Part shown: piece by piece, positions 11,801 through 22,800 of the stretch
How the letters are laid out: each line of letters begins with the position of its first letter
Position numbering within the stretch: position 1 is the first letter of the stretch
Assembly: GCA_032718475.1 (NCBI GenBank)
Contig: JAUCBJ010007014.1
Location: forward strand, 101,946 to 165,945
DNA from: Nemertoderma westbladi
Lineage: Eukaryota; Animalia; Xenacoelomorpha
Reading direction: 5' to 3'
DNA: 64,000 bases
Notes under the pieces: model-generated
Database searches by the model: none
Seen by the model: only the letters and a program-made list of their open reading frames with translations
What the model was told of the DNA's origin: nothing
Made by a program: the position numbers and the translations under genes

Positions 11801-14030
11801 CAGGTCTATCAGCCTCCGAGTGGAAGGGAGTACCAAACCCGCGGGTTTGATTCCCGAACCACTTCTCCAAGGCCTCTGGCGTCGGATACTCCATCGACGG
11901 TCGGTCTCCCAAATCTCCGATGTTCTGTCGATATACTCATTCGAATATTGCTAATCCTCTCCTAACCATCGACGTATTCTCTAACGATTGGTTGAAGAAC
12001 GGGGTTAAGAAACGCTTCATCACGTCGGATTGGATTCCCCCTTTCGAGCGAACGTATTGATCTCCTCCGAACACCAATAGATGACGCTTCAAAACTCGCG
12101 CAACGATATCCGTTAATAAACAAGTCACCGTGTTCGACTCAAGCACCAAATAATATTGTAGCGACGCACGGGGTGGCGCGCAAATGTTCCAATACACTAA
12201 CGCTTGCCGCTTGAAGTGGGATTTGAACTCCGCTCCCGGTGGCGTGTTGTATTCACCATACGCCTCCTCGTATTTCTTCTGCGTCTTTAACTTAAAGTCC
12301 CAATTATACAATAAATGTGCTATGAAGCCCATACCAGTCTTGGCAGAGTTGGGATACTCCCTATAAATTCCAATATCCTGTGCCCATAGCAACAATAGCT
12401 TGGTGTCGACGAACGGTCTCGGCAATCTATCTTCCAAGTCAGTCATGGCGTTGAAGTCACTCTCCAAATCGCTCTGAACTCCCGATCCCACCTTGACGTA
12501 ATCTTGGTTGAGAATAGCCTCTCTAACTTTCTTGGGTAGCATCCTGGCGTCGATACGCTCTGCTCCGTGCATACACCTCCTCGCCTGCATACCTCCAAAA
12601 TCTGTTCTCTAGGATCCTTTCCCCTCCGATATTGTGTCGTTATGATGGGCTCCAGTCTCTCTCTATCCGCCCTCACGTGCATAAACACATGAGTCACACC
12701 ATCGGCCGCGCGAATTTGAATGCACTTACTAGTCAAGCATTCTTGATGGGACCCTCCTTCATTGTCGTAGAACATCACTCTCCAATCTTGCAGTGATTCC
12801 TCCATCTTCCTCCACTGACGCTGAATCTCATCTGATGGGGTCCACATGCGCTCGATAGCCTTGTGGTCATCATATCGGGTGTAAGAACCCTTCCTCCTCA
12901 GCCACGTCTGGTCTACCTCCTCGTCGTCTGGGAATGTAGCCACCGCGACCCATACCTTGATGTACTTGTCTAACCATCCAAACAGTTTACTCTCCTTCCC
13001 CGGAGCTCCAATCTTGTCTAGTGTGTCATAATCCGTGATCTGCATCGGGACATCACGCAAGAACTTCGCGCATAAAACTTCCCGTAGACAGTCAACGTTC
13101 CAATGATCCGCCATTCTCACCATCGGCAAGAATCGAATCGCTTCTCGCGACTCCGGATGATCTACCAATATCGCAGGTTTGTTGCCGTCGGAATAATACA
13201 CCGGTCGGGGTTGAGATACGGCCTGTGGAACAAATCCGGTCGCTCTCCTCGTCTCCTCCTGATGTCTATCCGCGGTCTTATTATATTCCGCTACCCGCTT
13301 CTCGAATAACTCCTTCGCTTTCGCCGCTCGCTCCTCCTGCCGCAACGCGTCTATGTCGTCCTGATGCTCAGGCGTGAGGCTTCTCACTCGGTGAGGTGAA
13401 GTAAACGCAGTCCAGGGACTCGAGAGCTCCAAACCCGCGGGTTTGGTACCCGAGTCCCGTGCCGCTTCGCGCCGCACCTCTAGGTCCTTATAGGCTCGGT
13501 ATAGCGAAATGGCCACTGCTGTCTCTATCAAACTGGGTGTCGAACAGGGTTTAATCTCCGTATATGGATCTAATGTCGTAACGGTCGGCGTAACAGGTCT
13601 AGGAGGTTGCTTTCCGCTGAAGTCGATACTGATCATCGGGTTGCTCATTGGGTAACCTCCCTCGTTGTATCTAAGGAACTGATGAGCTGGACATCGTGTT
13701 AATATTGGTTCTGGATGTTGCTCGTCTAGTCGGTCGGGAATCGCCACGTCTTGTTTATTCATGCATTCACCACACTTGTAAAACAACTTGTACACTCTGA
13801 AGACCTTCGGCGTCTCTTGGTCCTTGCCTCGAGTCCTCCTGTACAGATGCATTCCGTTGATCTGGTCTCGGACTGCAGGTAGCGGCTCTTCGTGTCGTAA
13901 ATACATATTCATATGGTACAGCCGCGCGATCTCCTCGTCCGGGTCTGCACTGATGTCGCACACGTCTAAAGCGAAGTCGTAGGGATACCGAGTGCGATAC
14001 TCTCTCCGCAAAACTTCCATACGGTCCCCC

Positions 14031-14157
14031 TGTTAAAGTGTAAAACAGTAAGATAGGAAACGTACCGCCGTACCGGTGTTCCTCCTTCTATATCTTTTAT
14101 ATCTTATATCTAGTTTGAATATCCCGCCACCAATATACTACATATATACATTTGACA
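14031..14157 (-). repeat. Copia 3' LTR
   Basis: Direct repeat of 18772-18898. Confidence 0.97.
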
Positions 14158-14277
14158 TTCTCACCTCTTTCTTTAACATAAACGTAATAGGGTAGTAACA
14201 GAAAAGAAACATAAAATAAGGAGTCCAATAAATGTCCAATAATACTAACTAGTCATAGTTTTTTTTTTTTTTTTTTT

Positions 14278-17200
14278 TTATTGAGTCTGACTGAGTTTAT
14301 GCGTTTCTAGAGTATTTATCAGTGAGTTTGTTGATGCACCCTTCTTAGTTAGAGAGTTGGCCAACTGATGATAGGTATCAACCCATTGTAGATCACTGAT
14401 CTCACCTTTCTCCAACATTTCGCGGATGAGTCGTATATCTATCCGAAGGCGCTTCTCTGTTAAGCTTCCTTTATCAGTGTATATATTGTCAATAAGTGAT
14501 TGACTATCAGTATATATATATATTGGAATTGTGGTCGATAATATTTCACCAAGAACTGATGCCAGTGAGTAGGCATTATCAATAGCATGAACTGCAGCTA
14601 ATGTTTCAGCTGCTAAACTGCTACGTGCTACCCGCCTGAGTTTCTTTGACTGCCAATCTAACAAAGCTCCATTGTTTGTACAATCCGAAACAAAAATAAG
14701 ATAACCCCCTTGGGAGCTTCCATCATCTAAATTTCCATACGAAGCATCGGTATAACATATGATCTTCAAATCTTGCAGATTCAATCTGGGAAATTTCAAT
14801 ACCATAGCGAATGACTTTACACGTCGAACGATTTTATTTGCATAAAATATGTCATTAATCTTGGGGTCTTTTAATTTACTGCTCAAGTTACAAGTATCAA
14901 AACTAATATCTGGTCGACTTTGTGTAGCAATCCAATTGAGTTGCCCACATAGCGTTTGAAGAGCTTTAAACTCCTTGTTGGTAAGTTGCGAATCCTTATT
15001 TCTGTTACTTGCCAAGTCAATTGGCTGAAGCTTCTCAATATAACGATGCTGATCCAGTAAAATACCATGGCGATTTTGCCTCAACTCCAGACCAACATGT
15101 TTAAGGACTGTATCTTTCTCAATTCCAACAACAAAGACCTTTCTTAATTCATTAATAATTGTACATTCGAATTCAGCTGTTCCTGCCCAAAGTTCATCAT
15201 CAACATGCATAGATAAAATGCCACCAATTACACCATTACTTTCCCAGTAATATAAACAGTCATCATTCATTGATCTTTTCATTCCTATTTGTTCTAAAAC
15301 CTTCTTTACTTTCATGAACCACTTTCTTGGTGCATCTGATAAACCATCAACACATTTCTTTAGACACCAAAGTTGACCTGGTTTCTTAAATTCCTGTGGA
15401 GGTTCTAGGTAAACTTCTCGATCTATTTGCTCACCCTGTAGAAAAGCAGTCTGTATATCCATTGAATGAATGGTCCAATTGGTAGTTGCTGCTACTGATA
15501 GTAACAAGCGGATATTTTCTTTCTTTCCAGTTGGTGAAAATTTGGCAAGTTCTGCTGTCTCTTCCTCGAACCCTCGTGCAACTAATCTCGCTTTTAATCT
15601 GCCGTCATTTTTCATTGTACAAACCCACTTAGTAGATAGCCTATCTTGACCCACATCATCTACAGCCTTATATACATTATGCCGGTCCCACATCTGTACT
15701 TGGTATACCTTGGCTTCAGCATATTTATCACTAACAACATAGTCATTTAAATAAACATCTTCAGTACCATCGCTAACTGGTGTATTATTATCTGTCCATT
15801 CATCAATGTCAGTACCAAAGTCAAAATTATCACAATCATCCTGCCTTTCTTTAGGACCAGTAAATTGTACATTTAAGCAATTTCTGTACTTTCCTGTTGC
15901 TTTTCCAGCTCTGCTAAGCACAATTCCATGACACCAGTTATCTTCACCTTTGAGACGAAATGATATTTTATCATTAATCTTTGGTAGTGTTAATTTTGCA
16001 GTCTCTCTGATGGTATGACTCTGGGTATCATGAATGCCTTCCTTATCAACATTAGCAGCAATCAGACCACTAGAAGAATTACCCTTTTGAACATCAGTAA
16101 TATCATCATCATATTCGTCAATACATATGATGTCATCCTCAACATTATGCAGATTACTGTTGACCTCAGATAAATTATCAGGTACACTAGTGGTTTGATT
16201 TTTTTGATCAAATGCAACATCGCAGGTCTTCAAAAGTCTTAAACTATGAACCTTTACAACCGAACCACCATGTTTTACATAAACTATCTTACCATCGCGG
16301 CCAATAACCATTCCAGGGCCCTTCCATTCAGCTGAATTATCCCGCTTGTAGAATACGCTGTCCCCTTGGATATAAACATCATCCTGTGATCTGATGTTGT
16401 GTCGCATTGCTCTTCTAACTTTCTCAGAAGATTCCGCTTGTATACATATTTCTCTGGCTCCATGAATGGCATTTAAATGCTTAGCTACTATTTGAGATGA
16501 CGTGACCCCCTCTAAAGCAGGTAATTGATCATTCAGGACGCAAGGGAGGTTGGGGTTCTGTCCAAAGACAAGTTGATATGGGCTATATCCATTAACATTA
16601 TGTAAACAATTCTTAGCATTAACACACCAAGCCAATCCAGTTTCCAAATCATACTTGCAATCACTCATAAGTTTCTGTAACATATCCTTTAAAACACCAT
16701 TATGCCTTTCATTCAGACCATTTGACCAAGGACTTTCTGCTGGGGTTGGAATAAGTTTAATATTAAATTGCTCAGCCATTTCTCTAAAGGTAGAATTATC
16801 AAACTCACCACCATTATCAGACATGATTTGCTTTGGAGGGCCATAAATGGCCATCCAACAGCGAATGAATTTGTCAGCAATCACAGATTTTTCCTTCGTT
16901 CTTACCACAGTAGCACCACTCAACCTTGTCATATGATCAATCACATGTAGAATCCACGTTTTATTGCCCCATTGAATCAGATCTCCCGCCACAGTTTCAT
17001 TGAACTCTTTGGCCAATGAAAATCCAACAACAGGCCTAGGTTTTGGCTTCTTATACTTCTTACACACTGAACATGTCTCTGTAACTTTATTCACCTCACA
17101 AGTAATCTCTTTGCTGGATAACCCCGCATCCTTAATTAATCCTAATAGCCTGTCAGCTGAAGGGTGTGCAAATTGCTTATGTAATTTTAGTGCCATCTTT

Positions 17201-18693
17201 TTAACATCATTAACACAATTTTCAGTGAACAAAATGACATTTTCAATACAAGGAAAATTTTCCTTTGGTGTCAGTAATATGCAATAATGACCAGATGTAG
17301 ATTTTCTTAATAATATGTCTTGATCAAGTATGTTAGCAGTATCATTATCTAAATTGATAACACACTTGGCTCTTTTTAGTGATTGTTTACTCAAAAGTAA
17401 CGGTATATGTTTGTTTACCACATCTGTTGCCACCATGCAATATTTTTCACCTATAAACACAGGTATTGTTACCTTTTTCTTAGAAGCAACCTTTTCACCA
17501 TCACCAAACCTAAATTTAGTGTTGCTATATTGCTCTATAACATTATTGCTAGCAAACTCACCTAGAGATTCCAGATAAACGGACAACCATTCTTCTCCAC
17601 ATACTGTTGAAGTACAACCAGTATCCAATATACCATGATTAAATGTTTCTAGAACAAATGTCGATTGTTCTTCTTCCGGTTTAATAAACAGTGTTATATA
17701 TACATCATTATCGATACCGGTACCCCCATCTTGATAGTTATTAGGGGGTTGATAGTCAGAGCAGTCTTTTTGAAAATGGTGTGGAGATTTACAACTTCGA
17801 CACAACATTTGTTGACCATCGGCATACCTGGGATTATTAGATACTCTACCATATGTGATCGACCCACCACGTCTGATACTGGTACCGGTACTACTACCTC
17901 GAGAATCAAAACGTCCACGATTATATGAATTATATGATGGTCGTCCAGCTGATCTACTTCTAAAATTAGGCCTACCTCTAATATACCGACCACGTGATGT
18001 AAAATAAACAGATTGTTCATCATCACAGTCCTCCAAATAACCTTCCTCATATAAATTATGATTATCCTCACAAACGAATGTATCCTCAGTCTCTTGCTTG
18101 ACACGCACCGCAGTTGTACGCCCACTATCAGCACCTGTAAACATCACCTTTGATTCCCCAAAGATACGTTTTAATGCTGTCTTCATTTCTTGGTATTTTA
18201 AATCCTTTACTGCTGTTAGAGCCATTTTTCTCTCTGAATCTGACAAATTCGCCTTATCTAAAAGCTCAAAAGCTAAAACTCCATCCCCGATACTCATGTC
18301 ATATTCTTTGGCTTTGTTATACCGTTTCTCAAACTCATTGATAAAGTCGGAAATAGTCTCTACATCTTTCTTCTTTAAATATTTAAACAACGAATAGGCT
18401 TCGTAAGCACAGTCGATTTTATCCTTCAGATAAACTTCATCGAGTTTTCTAAGTAACGTTTTAACTCCGTCATCTGCATTTAGTTGTTCAATGGGTACCT
18501 CTAAAGCTTTATCCTTAGCTTTCCTTGGTAAACACAGCAATATAGCTGGGGCTTGTCGTCTCTTTTCTATATCAGTAACAAGTTGCCAAATCTTTAACTC
18601 CCGTTGCCACGTAACATAATCCGAACCATCACCTAACAGAGGTGGATTTTTATACGACCGCCCACCGGAAACATTTGTACTACTTTCAGCCAT
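14278..18693 (-). CDS. Copia Gag-Pol polyprotein (Gag, zinc knuckle, protease, integrase, RT, RNase H), 1471 aa
   Basis: CRSCKSPHHFQKDC, ILDTGCTSTV, HKQFAH..CSVC, SDNGGEF, KARLVARGF, HVDD, YTDAS and TDSQSL motifs. Integrase precedes RT, which is the Copia order. Confidence 0.97.
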   Translation of the reverse strand: MAESSTNVSGGRSYKNPPLLGDGSDYVTWQRELKIWQLVTDIEKRRQAPAILLCLPRKAKDKALEVPIEQLNADDGVKTLLRKLDEVYLKDKIDCAYEAYSLFKYLKKKDVETISDFINEFEKRYNKAKEYDMSIGDGVLAFELLDKANLSDSERKMALTAVKDLKYQEMKTALKRIFGESKVMFTGADSGRTTAVRVKQETEDTFVCEDNHNLYEEGYLEDCDDEQSVYFTSRGRYIRGRPNFRSRSAGRPSYNSYNRGRFDSRGSSTGTSIRRGGSITYGRVSNNPRYADGQQMLCRSCKSPHHFQKDCSDYQPPNNYQDGGTGIDNDVYITLFIKPEEEQSTFVLETFNHGILDTGCTSTVCGEEWLSVYLESLGEFASNNVIEQYSNTKFRFGDGEKVASKKKVTIPVFIGEKYCMVATDVVNKHIPLLLSKQSLKRAKCVINLDNDTANILDQDILLRKSTSGHYCILLTPKENFPCIENVILFTENCVNDVKKMALKLHKQFAHPSADRLLGLIKDAGLSSKEITCEVNKVTETCSVCKKYKKPKPRPVVGFSLAKEFNETVAGDLIQWGNKTWILHVIDHMTRLSGATVVRTKEKSVIADKFIRCWMAIYGPPKQIMSDNGGEFDNSTFREMAEQFNIKLIPTPAESPWSNGLNERHNGVLKDMLQKLMSDCKYDLETGLAWCVNAKNCLHNVNGYSPYQLVFGQNPNLPCVLNDQLPALEGVTSSQIVAKHLNAIHGAREICIQAESSEKVRRAMRHNIRSQDDVYIQGDSVFYKRDNSAEWKGPGMVIGRDGKIVYVKHGGSVVKVHSLRLLKTCDVAFDQKNQTTSVPDNLSEVNSNLHNVEDDIICIDEYDDDITDVQKGNSSSGLIAANVDKEGIHDTQSHTIRETAKLTLPKINDKISFRLKGEDNWCHGIVLSRAGKATGKYRNCLNVQFTGPKERQDDCDNFDFGTDIDEWTDNNTPVSDGTEDVYLNDYVVSDKYAEAKVYQVQMWDRHNVYKAVDDVGQDRLSTKWVCTMKNDGRLKARLVARGFEEETAELAKFSPTGKKENIRLLLSVAATTNWTIHSMDIQTAFLQGEQIDREVYLEPPQEFKKPGQLWCLKKCVDGLSDAPRKWFMKVKKVLEQIGMKRSMNDDCLYYWESNGVIGGILSMHVDDELWAGTAEFECTIINELRKVFVVGIEKDTVLKHVGLELRQNRHGILLDQHRYIEKLQPIDLASNRNKDSQLTNKEFKALQTLCGQLNWIATQSRPDISFDTCNLSSKLKDPKINDIFYANKIVRRVKSFAMVLKFPRLNLQDLKIICYTDASYGNLDDGSSQGGYLIFVSDCTNNGALLDWQSKKLRRVARSSLAAETLAAVHAIDNAYSLASVLGEILSTTIPIYIYTDSQSLIDNIYTDKGSLTEKRLRIDIRLIREMLEKGEISDLQWVDTYHQLANSLTKKGASTNSLINTLETHKLSQTQ

Positions 18694-18759
18694 TAATATT
18701 ATATTAGTTACGTTGTAGGCCTACTACCTACCTATTGTCTGTTTATTCAGCGTCAACAC

Positions 18760-18771
18760 GCTCTGCTACCA
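18760..18771 (-). promoter_or_regulatory. Copia primer-binding site (tRNA-Met type)
   Basis: TGGTAGCAGAGC immediately inside the 5' LTR, the PBS typical of GalEa Copia elements. Confidence 0.9.
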
Positions 18772-18898
18772 TGTTAAAGTGTAAAACAGTAAGATAGGAA
18801 ACGTACCGCCGTACCGGTGTTCCTCCTTCTATATCTTTTATATCTTATATCTAGTTTGAATATCCCGCCACCAATATACTACATATATACATTTGACA
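18772..18898 (-). repeat. Copia 5' LTR
   Basis: Direct repeat of 14031-14157. Confidence 0.97.
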
Positions 18899-19822
18899 CC
18901 CCAACGCTCTCATTTTTCCCTCCGTAATTCCTTATCATAAGTAGGTTTGTATTTCCCATTTAGCTCCATCACGGACCGTCCATGGTAGTAAACGTTAGAA
19001 TCTTTACATCCTGGTCGCGCGAATGGTAACTCCGCCTCCTCTCTGGCAGTAAATCCTCTGCGCGGTTGCGCTCTAATTCCCTTCTCCATTATGCCCCGCG
19101 TATATACATATATATATCCCAATAAGTGCCATTACGTAACCAATTACACTGTGGGTAAATCAGTTAGATGTTGCCGAAGGACAGACCTCTCGAACCCCCC
19201 CCCCCCCCCCCCCCGCCTTCCAGCAGTTCAGGTTCGACTCTCTAGATCCCATCTCTTCCTAACTAACTATCCTCTAACCTATTCCCATGCATAGCGCAAA
19301 AACTTTGGAGATAAACTGGCCGTGACCAACTCACTTTTTGATGCCCAAACTACTCCCATTACTCGTACTAAACTACAGTAGTTAGAAAGTTCGACTATAC
19401 CAAACCCACAGGTTTGATAATCGAACATCACACTTCACTGCAAACTACTGAGTGGGGTCCATGTACGCCTCTGGTGCTACTAACCTTTAGCACCTTAGTT
19501 GCACTGTTGGCACCAATCTGTGGAAGTTGCTAAACTCAATTTACACTCCTACGTAATATAGCCGTCACCATGGTTTCTAAATGCTATTTTCCAGGCTTCA
19601 CGACTTTTCAAATTACTGTATCTCTATAGACGAATTCTAAAACGCATCTATACACAGCGTCTGAGATTGTCTTGGGTTTTAATTTTCCAAAAATTTTGAA
19701 AATAAAATTTTTGTTTTGATACCCACCAGACAAAACTCAACGCAAATCACCACAACCCCGCTCCTATGCATTTCCTAGTATTTCCATACGAGGAATGCAT
19801 TTGAAGTGAGTTGCGTCCAACA

Positions 19823-22800
19823 CTAATTTTGCTTTGAGGCAGGAGACAAATTATAATCTCCTGTCTCTGTGCGTGTCTCTTCCAATAACACAATATCTTG
19901 GACCGGTCGGTCCAAGGTGTGTAAACCATTAGTTTTACACTTCTTCGGGTGCGGACACTTGCACCTAATTTTCACAGTGACTGTGCGCACTATGTTTTGC
20001 ACGTCTGGGTGTATATGCAAGATCACTCCAGTCTCCCAATATTTTCTCTTGACTATCGGCTCGGTTATTAATACGTAGTCTCCTCTTTGGAGGCTCCGAA
20101 CCGTTTTGTACCACTTATTTCTGGTGGATATGGTAGGAAGATAATATTCCCGCCAATATTCCCAGAATGTGTACGCCACAAATTGAGTCACTTTCCAGCT
20201 TTTACGACTATATAGGTCGGCACTAATGGGTTCTGATGCCGGCACAAGAAATGCTGGACTCTGCATTAGCAAAAGATTCGGCTTTAATGCAACACCGTCT
20301 GGCAACATAGCTATCGGCCTCGAGTTTAGGGTATGCTCGATTTCGATGAAAGCTGTAACCAGTTCGTCGTCGGTAAGTTGTTTATTTACAGGCAATGTTT
20401 TGGCAATGGCCTGCTTTACAGAGCGAACCAATCGCTCCCAACTTCCTCCTCTCCAAGGACTTTCTGGAGTATTGAATCTCCACTCTACTCGTTGCGGCAA
20501 AAGTGCTGCAGAAATTTCTTTATTCTGTGCTGCTTTGTGAGCCGCGTTTAACTCGCTATTCCCTCCGACAAAGTTTGTACCCTTATCGGAGTAGAACGCC
20601 TTTACTAGTCCTCTCCTTGCCATAAATCTCTTTAAGGCCAGGAGCAGAGATTTGGTCGACATGTCTGCCACACGCTCAATGTGTATGGCTCTACTAGCCA
20701 TGCATGTCAGTAGCAGACCCCATCGCTTGTGGGTCAGCCGTCCACTCTTTGCCTCAATCGGACCAAAACAATCCACCCCTGTGTTCGTAAAAGGTGGGTT
20801 ATATGCCTGCACTCTCGCTTCCGGGAGTTCAGCCATCTCCTGTTCCAATACTCTGGCGTTCACCCTCTTGCAAACCAGACAGGCGTCGTACATAGTACCT
20901 ACTGCCCTGCTTGGCTGCAATAGAATGAATCGCTGTCTCGCTGTCGACAAACAGTGTAACTTTCCCGCGTGATGCAACCTCTTGTGTATATCCCATAGAA
21001 TCGCTCTTTGCAATTCTATTGGGTGACTAGGGATAATCACTGGGAACCTAAACTGTGAATTTATGTCGACAGTCTGGATTCTCAATCTATGACAAATCAA
21101 ACCCTTATGGATTAATGGACTCCATTTTCTAAGGGGTTTATAGAGAACTGGTAGTTGAGCCGATAATAGATAGAATTCTTTCGGGAAGGCACACATTTGA
21201 TAATGCTTCAAATGCTTTAATTCCGCTTGATCAATCTCATCCTCTGTCAGAGGTTGTTTCAATTTCCGAATTTGCTCACTATTAGTGCTCGATGGTTCTC
21301 CCAAATGTTCCGAATGTTTTATACAAAGGTACGCAATATATCGGCTTAACCACGCAGTTCTTTTACAAATTGTCAGCCAAGAGGCAGACGAATTTAGTAA
21401 TTTGTCATAAACACGGCATGACTCTAATGCCAGCGACGGTTGTCCGCTAACTAATGGAAGTTTCGAATCCAAACCCGCAGGTTTGGAAACCAAAGGCTCC
21501 ATTGTGTCGGTCATTTTCTGTCCGTCACTTACCAACTGTGACTCTCGTCTAGTCTGTAAGGGTGGTTTTATGTCATAACTTACCCTTCCTGACCTAGTAG
21601 TCACGTAAGTCTGTTGGTCTGACAGGTCTCCGGGCCGCTCCAATGACTCTTCAGGCCGCTCCAATGACTCTTCAGGCTGCTCCAATGACTTGAGTTTGGC
21701 TTTAGACTTTGACTTAGAGACTTTCTCCACTTTGACTTCTGCATCTTCTGGCATCGGATTGGTCACTATCTTCAGTAGCTCTGGCCAATGTTCCTGTGTC
21801 CTCGTTAGAAAATCAGGTCCATGCAACCAAAACTCCTGGGACTCTTCTTGACAGAATTCCGCCGGCATAGCACCTCTCGAAGTTATGTCGGCCGGGTTCA
21901 ACACTCCCGGACAATGTCTCCATTGTTCCTTCGTCGTAAAGTCGATGATCTGAGCGCGTCTGTTGGCCACAAATGTCTTTAGTGCAATATTGTCGGCTGC
22001 AATGTATACTAACACCAAGGATGCGTCCGTCCAATAGAATAAGGTCAATGTCGTGTCTAGCTCCTCAATTACCTGCTTACTTACCTCGACTGAAACTACT
22101 GCCGCCTGTAACTCTGCACGAGGGACAGTCATGTATTTGACTGGCATTGTCTTTGATCTAGAAGTCACAAAGGCCGTCTCAAACTTGTATTGACTTACCT
22201 CTTGGCGAAGGTAGGCTACCATACCAAAGCCGGTGTCACTTGCGTCACTAAACAAGTGGAGCTCTAAGTCAGCTGGAAATACCAGCTGATTCGGAAAGTA
22301 GGATCGGGGCACATCTATATTTTTCAATAGATGCAACTCGGCTTCCCACTCTCTCCACTGCTTTGCATGTATAGGAGATATTGGTTCGTCCCACTCTAGG
22401 TCGGACAACCAAATTTTCCTCATGCACGCTCGTGCTTGTAATATTACTGGACTGATAAAGTTCATCGGGTCAAATAGTCTAGTTAATGTCGATAAGCAAA
22501 TTCTCTTAGTCAAAATTTTGTCTGGGCTACTGGGCTCAAATCTAACTCTTACCTGGAACTTGTCAGTGTTCGGGTTCCAAGCGAGTCCCAGTACTCGCGC
22601 CATGGGAATGGGTTCCACCCCCAATTCAATGTCTCCGCTCCCGCGATCTTTCACCGGGAACGACTCTAACAAGGCCTCCGAGTTAGTGGTGAACTTGGTT
22701 AGAGGAAAACCCCCTGTAGCCAAGCACTCCTGTAGGCCGTGAGCTACTTCTATGGCTTGCTCTGCTGTATCCTTAGACACCAATCCGTCGTCCATGTAGA

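Larger units (their letters stand above)
14031..18898 (-). mobile_element. Ty1/Copia LTR retrotransposon, GalEa-like, recent insertion
   Basis: Apparently identical 127-bp TG...CA LTRs (14031-14157, 18772-18898), PBS TGGTAGCAGAGC, PPT GAAAGAGGTGAGAA (14158-14171). Flanks are CCCCC and CCCCA. Confidence 0.97.
10590..19122 (-). pseudogene. BEL-B accessory ORF downstream of pol (~1200 aa reconstructed) with three CCHC zinc knuckles, interrupted by Copia
   Basis: Pieces: 18910-19122, 12443-14020, 11937-12590 and 10590-11912; the last two are in the same frame, split by one TGA. Knuckles: CKLCGSTRHNQKSC, CRWCNETDHSFHTC, CGYCGVKGHRSARC. Confidence 0.75.

Noticed and set aside
10590-14020. Envelope gene or host gene
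   Set aside because: There is no evident signal peptide, TM anchor or intron structure, and it lies between pol and the 3' LTR inside the TSD-bounded element.
19195-19214. Poly-C tract as a functional G-quadruplex or central PPT
   Set aside because: It is a single homopolymer with no comparative support, and its length is assembly-prone.
21630-21692. 21-bp tandem repeat (PEESLER) in BEL-B pol
   Set aside because: It is an in-frame slippage repeat in a variable linker between RNase H and integrase, which is ordinary.
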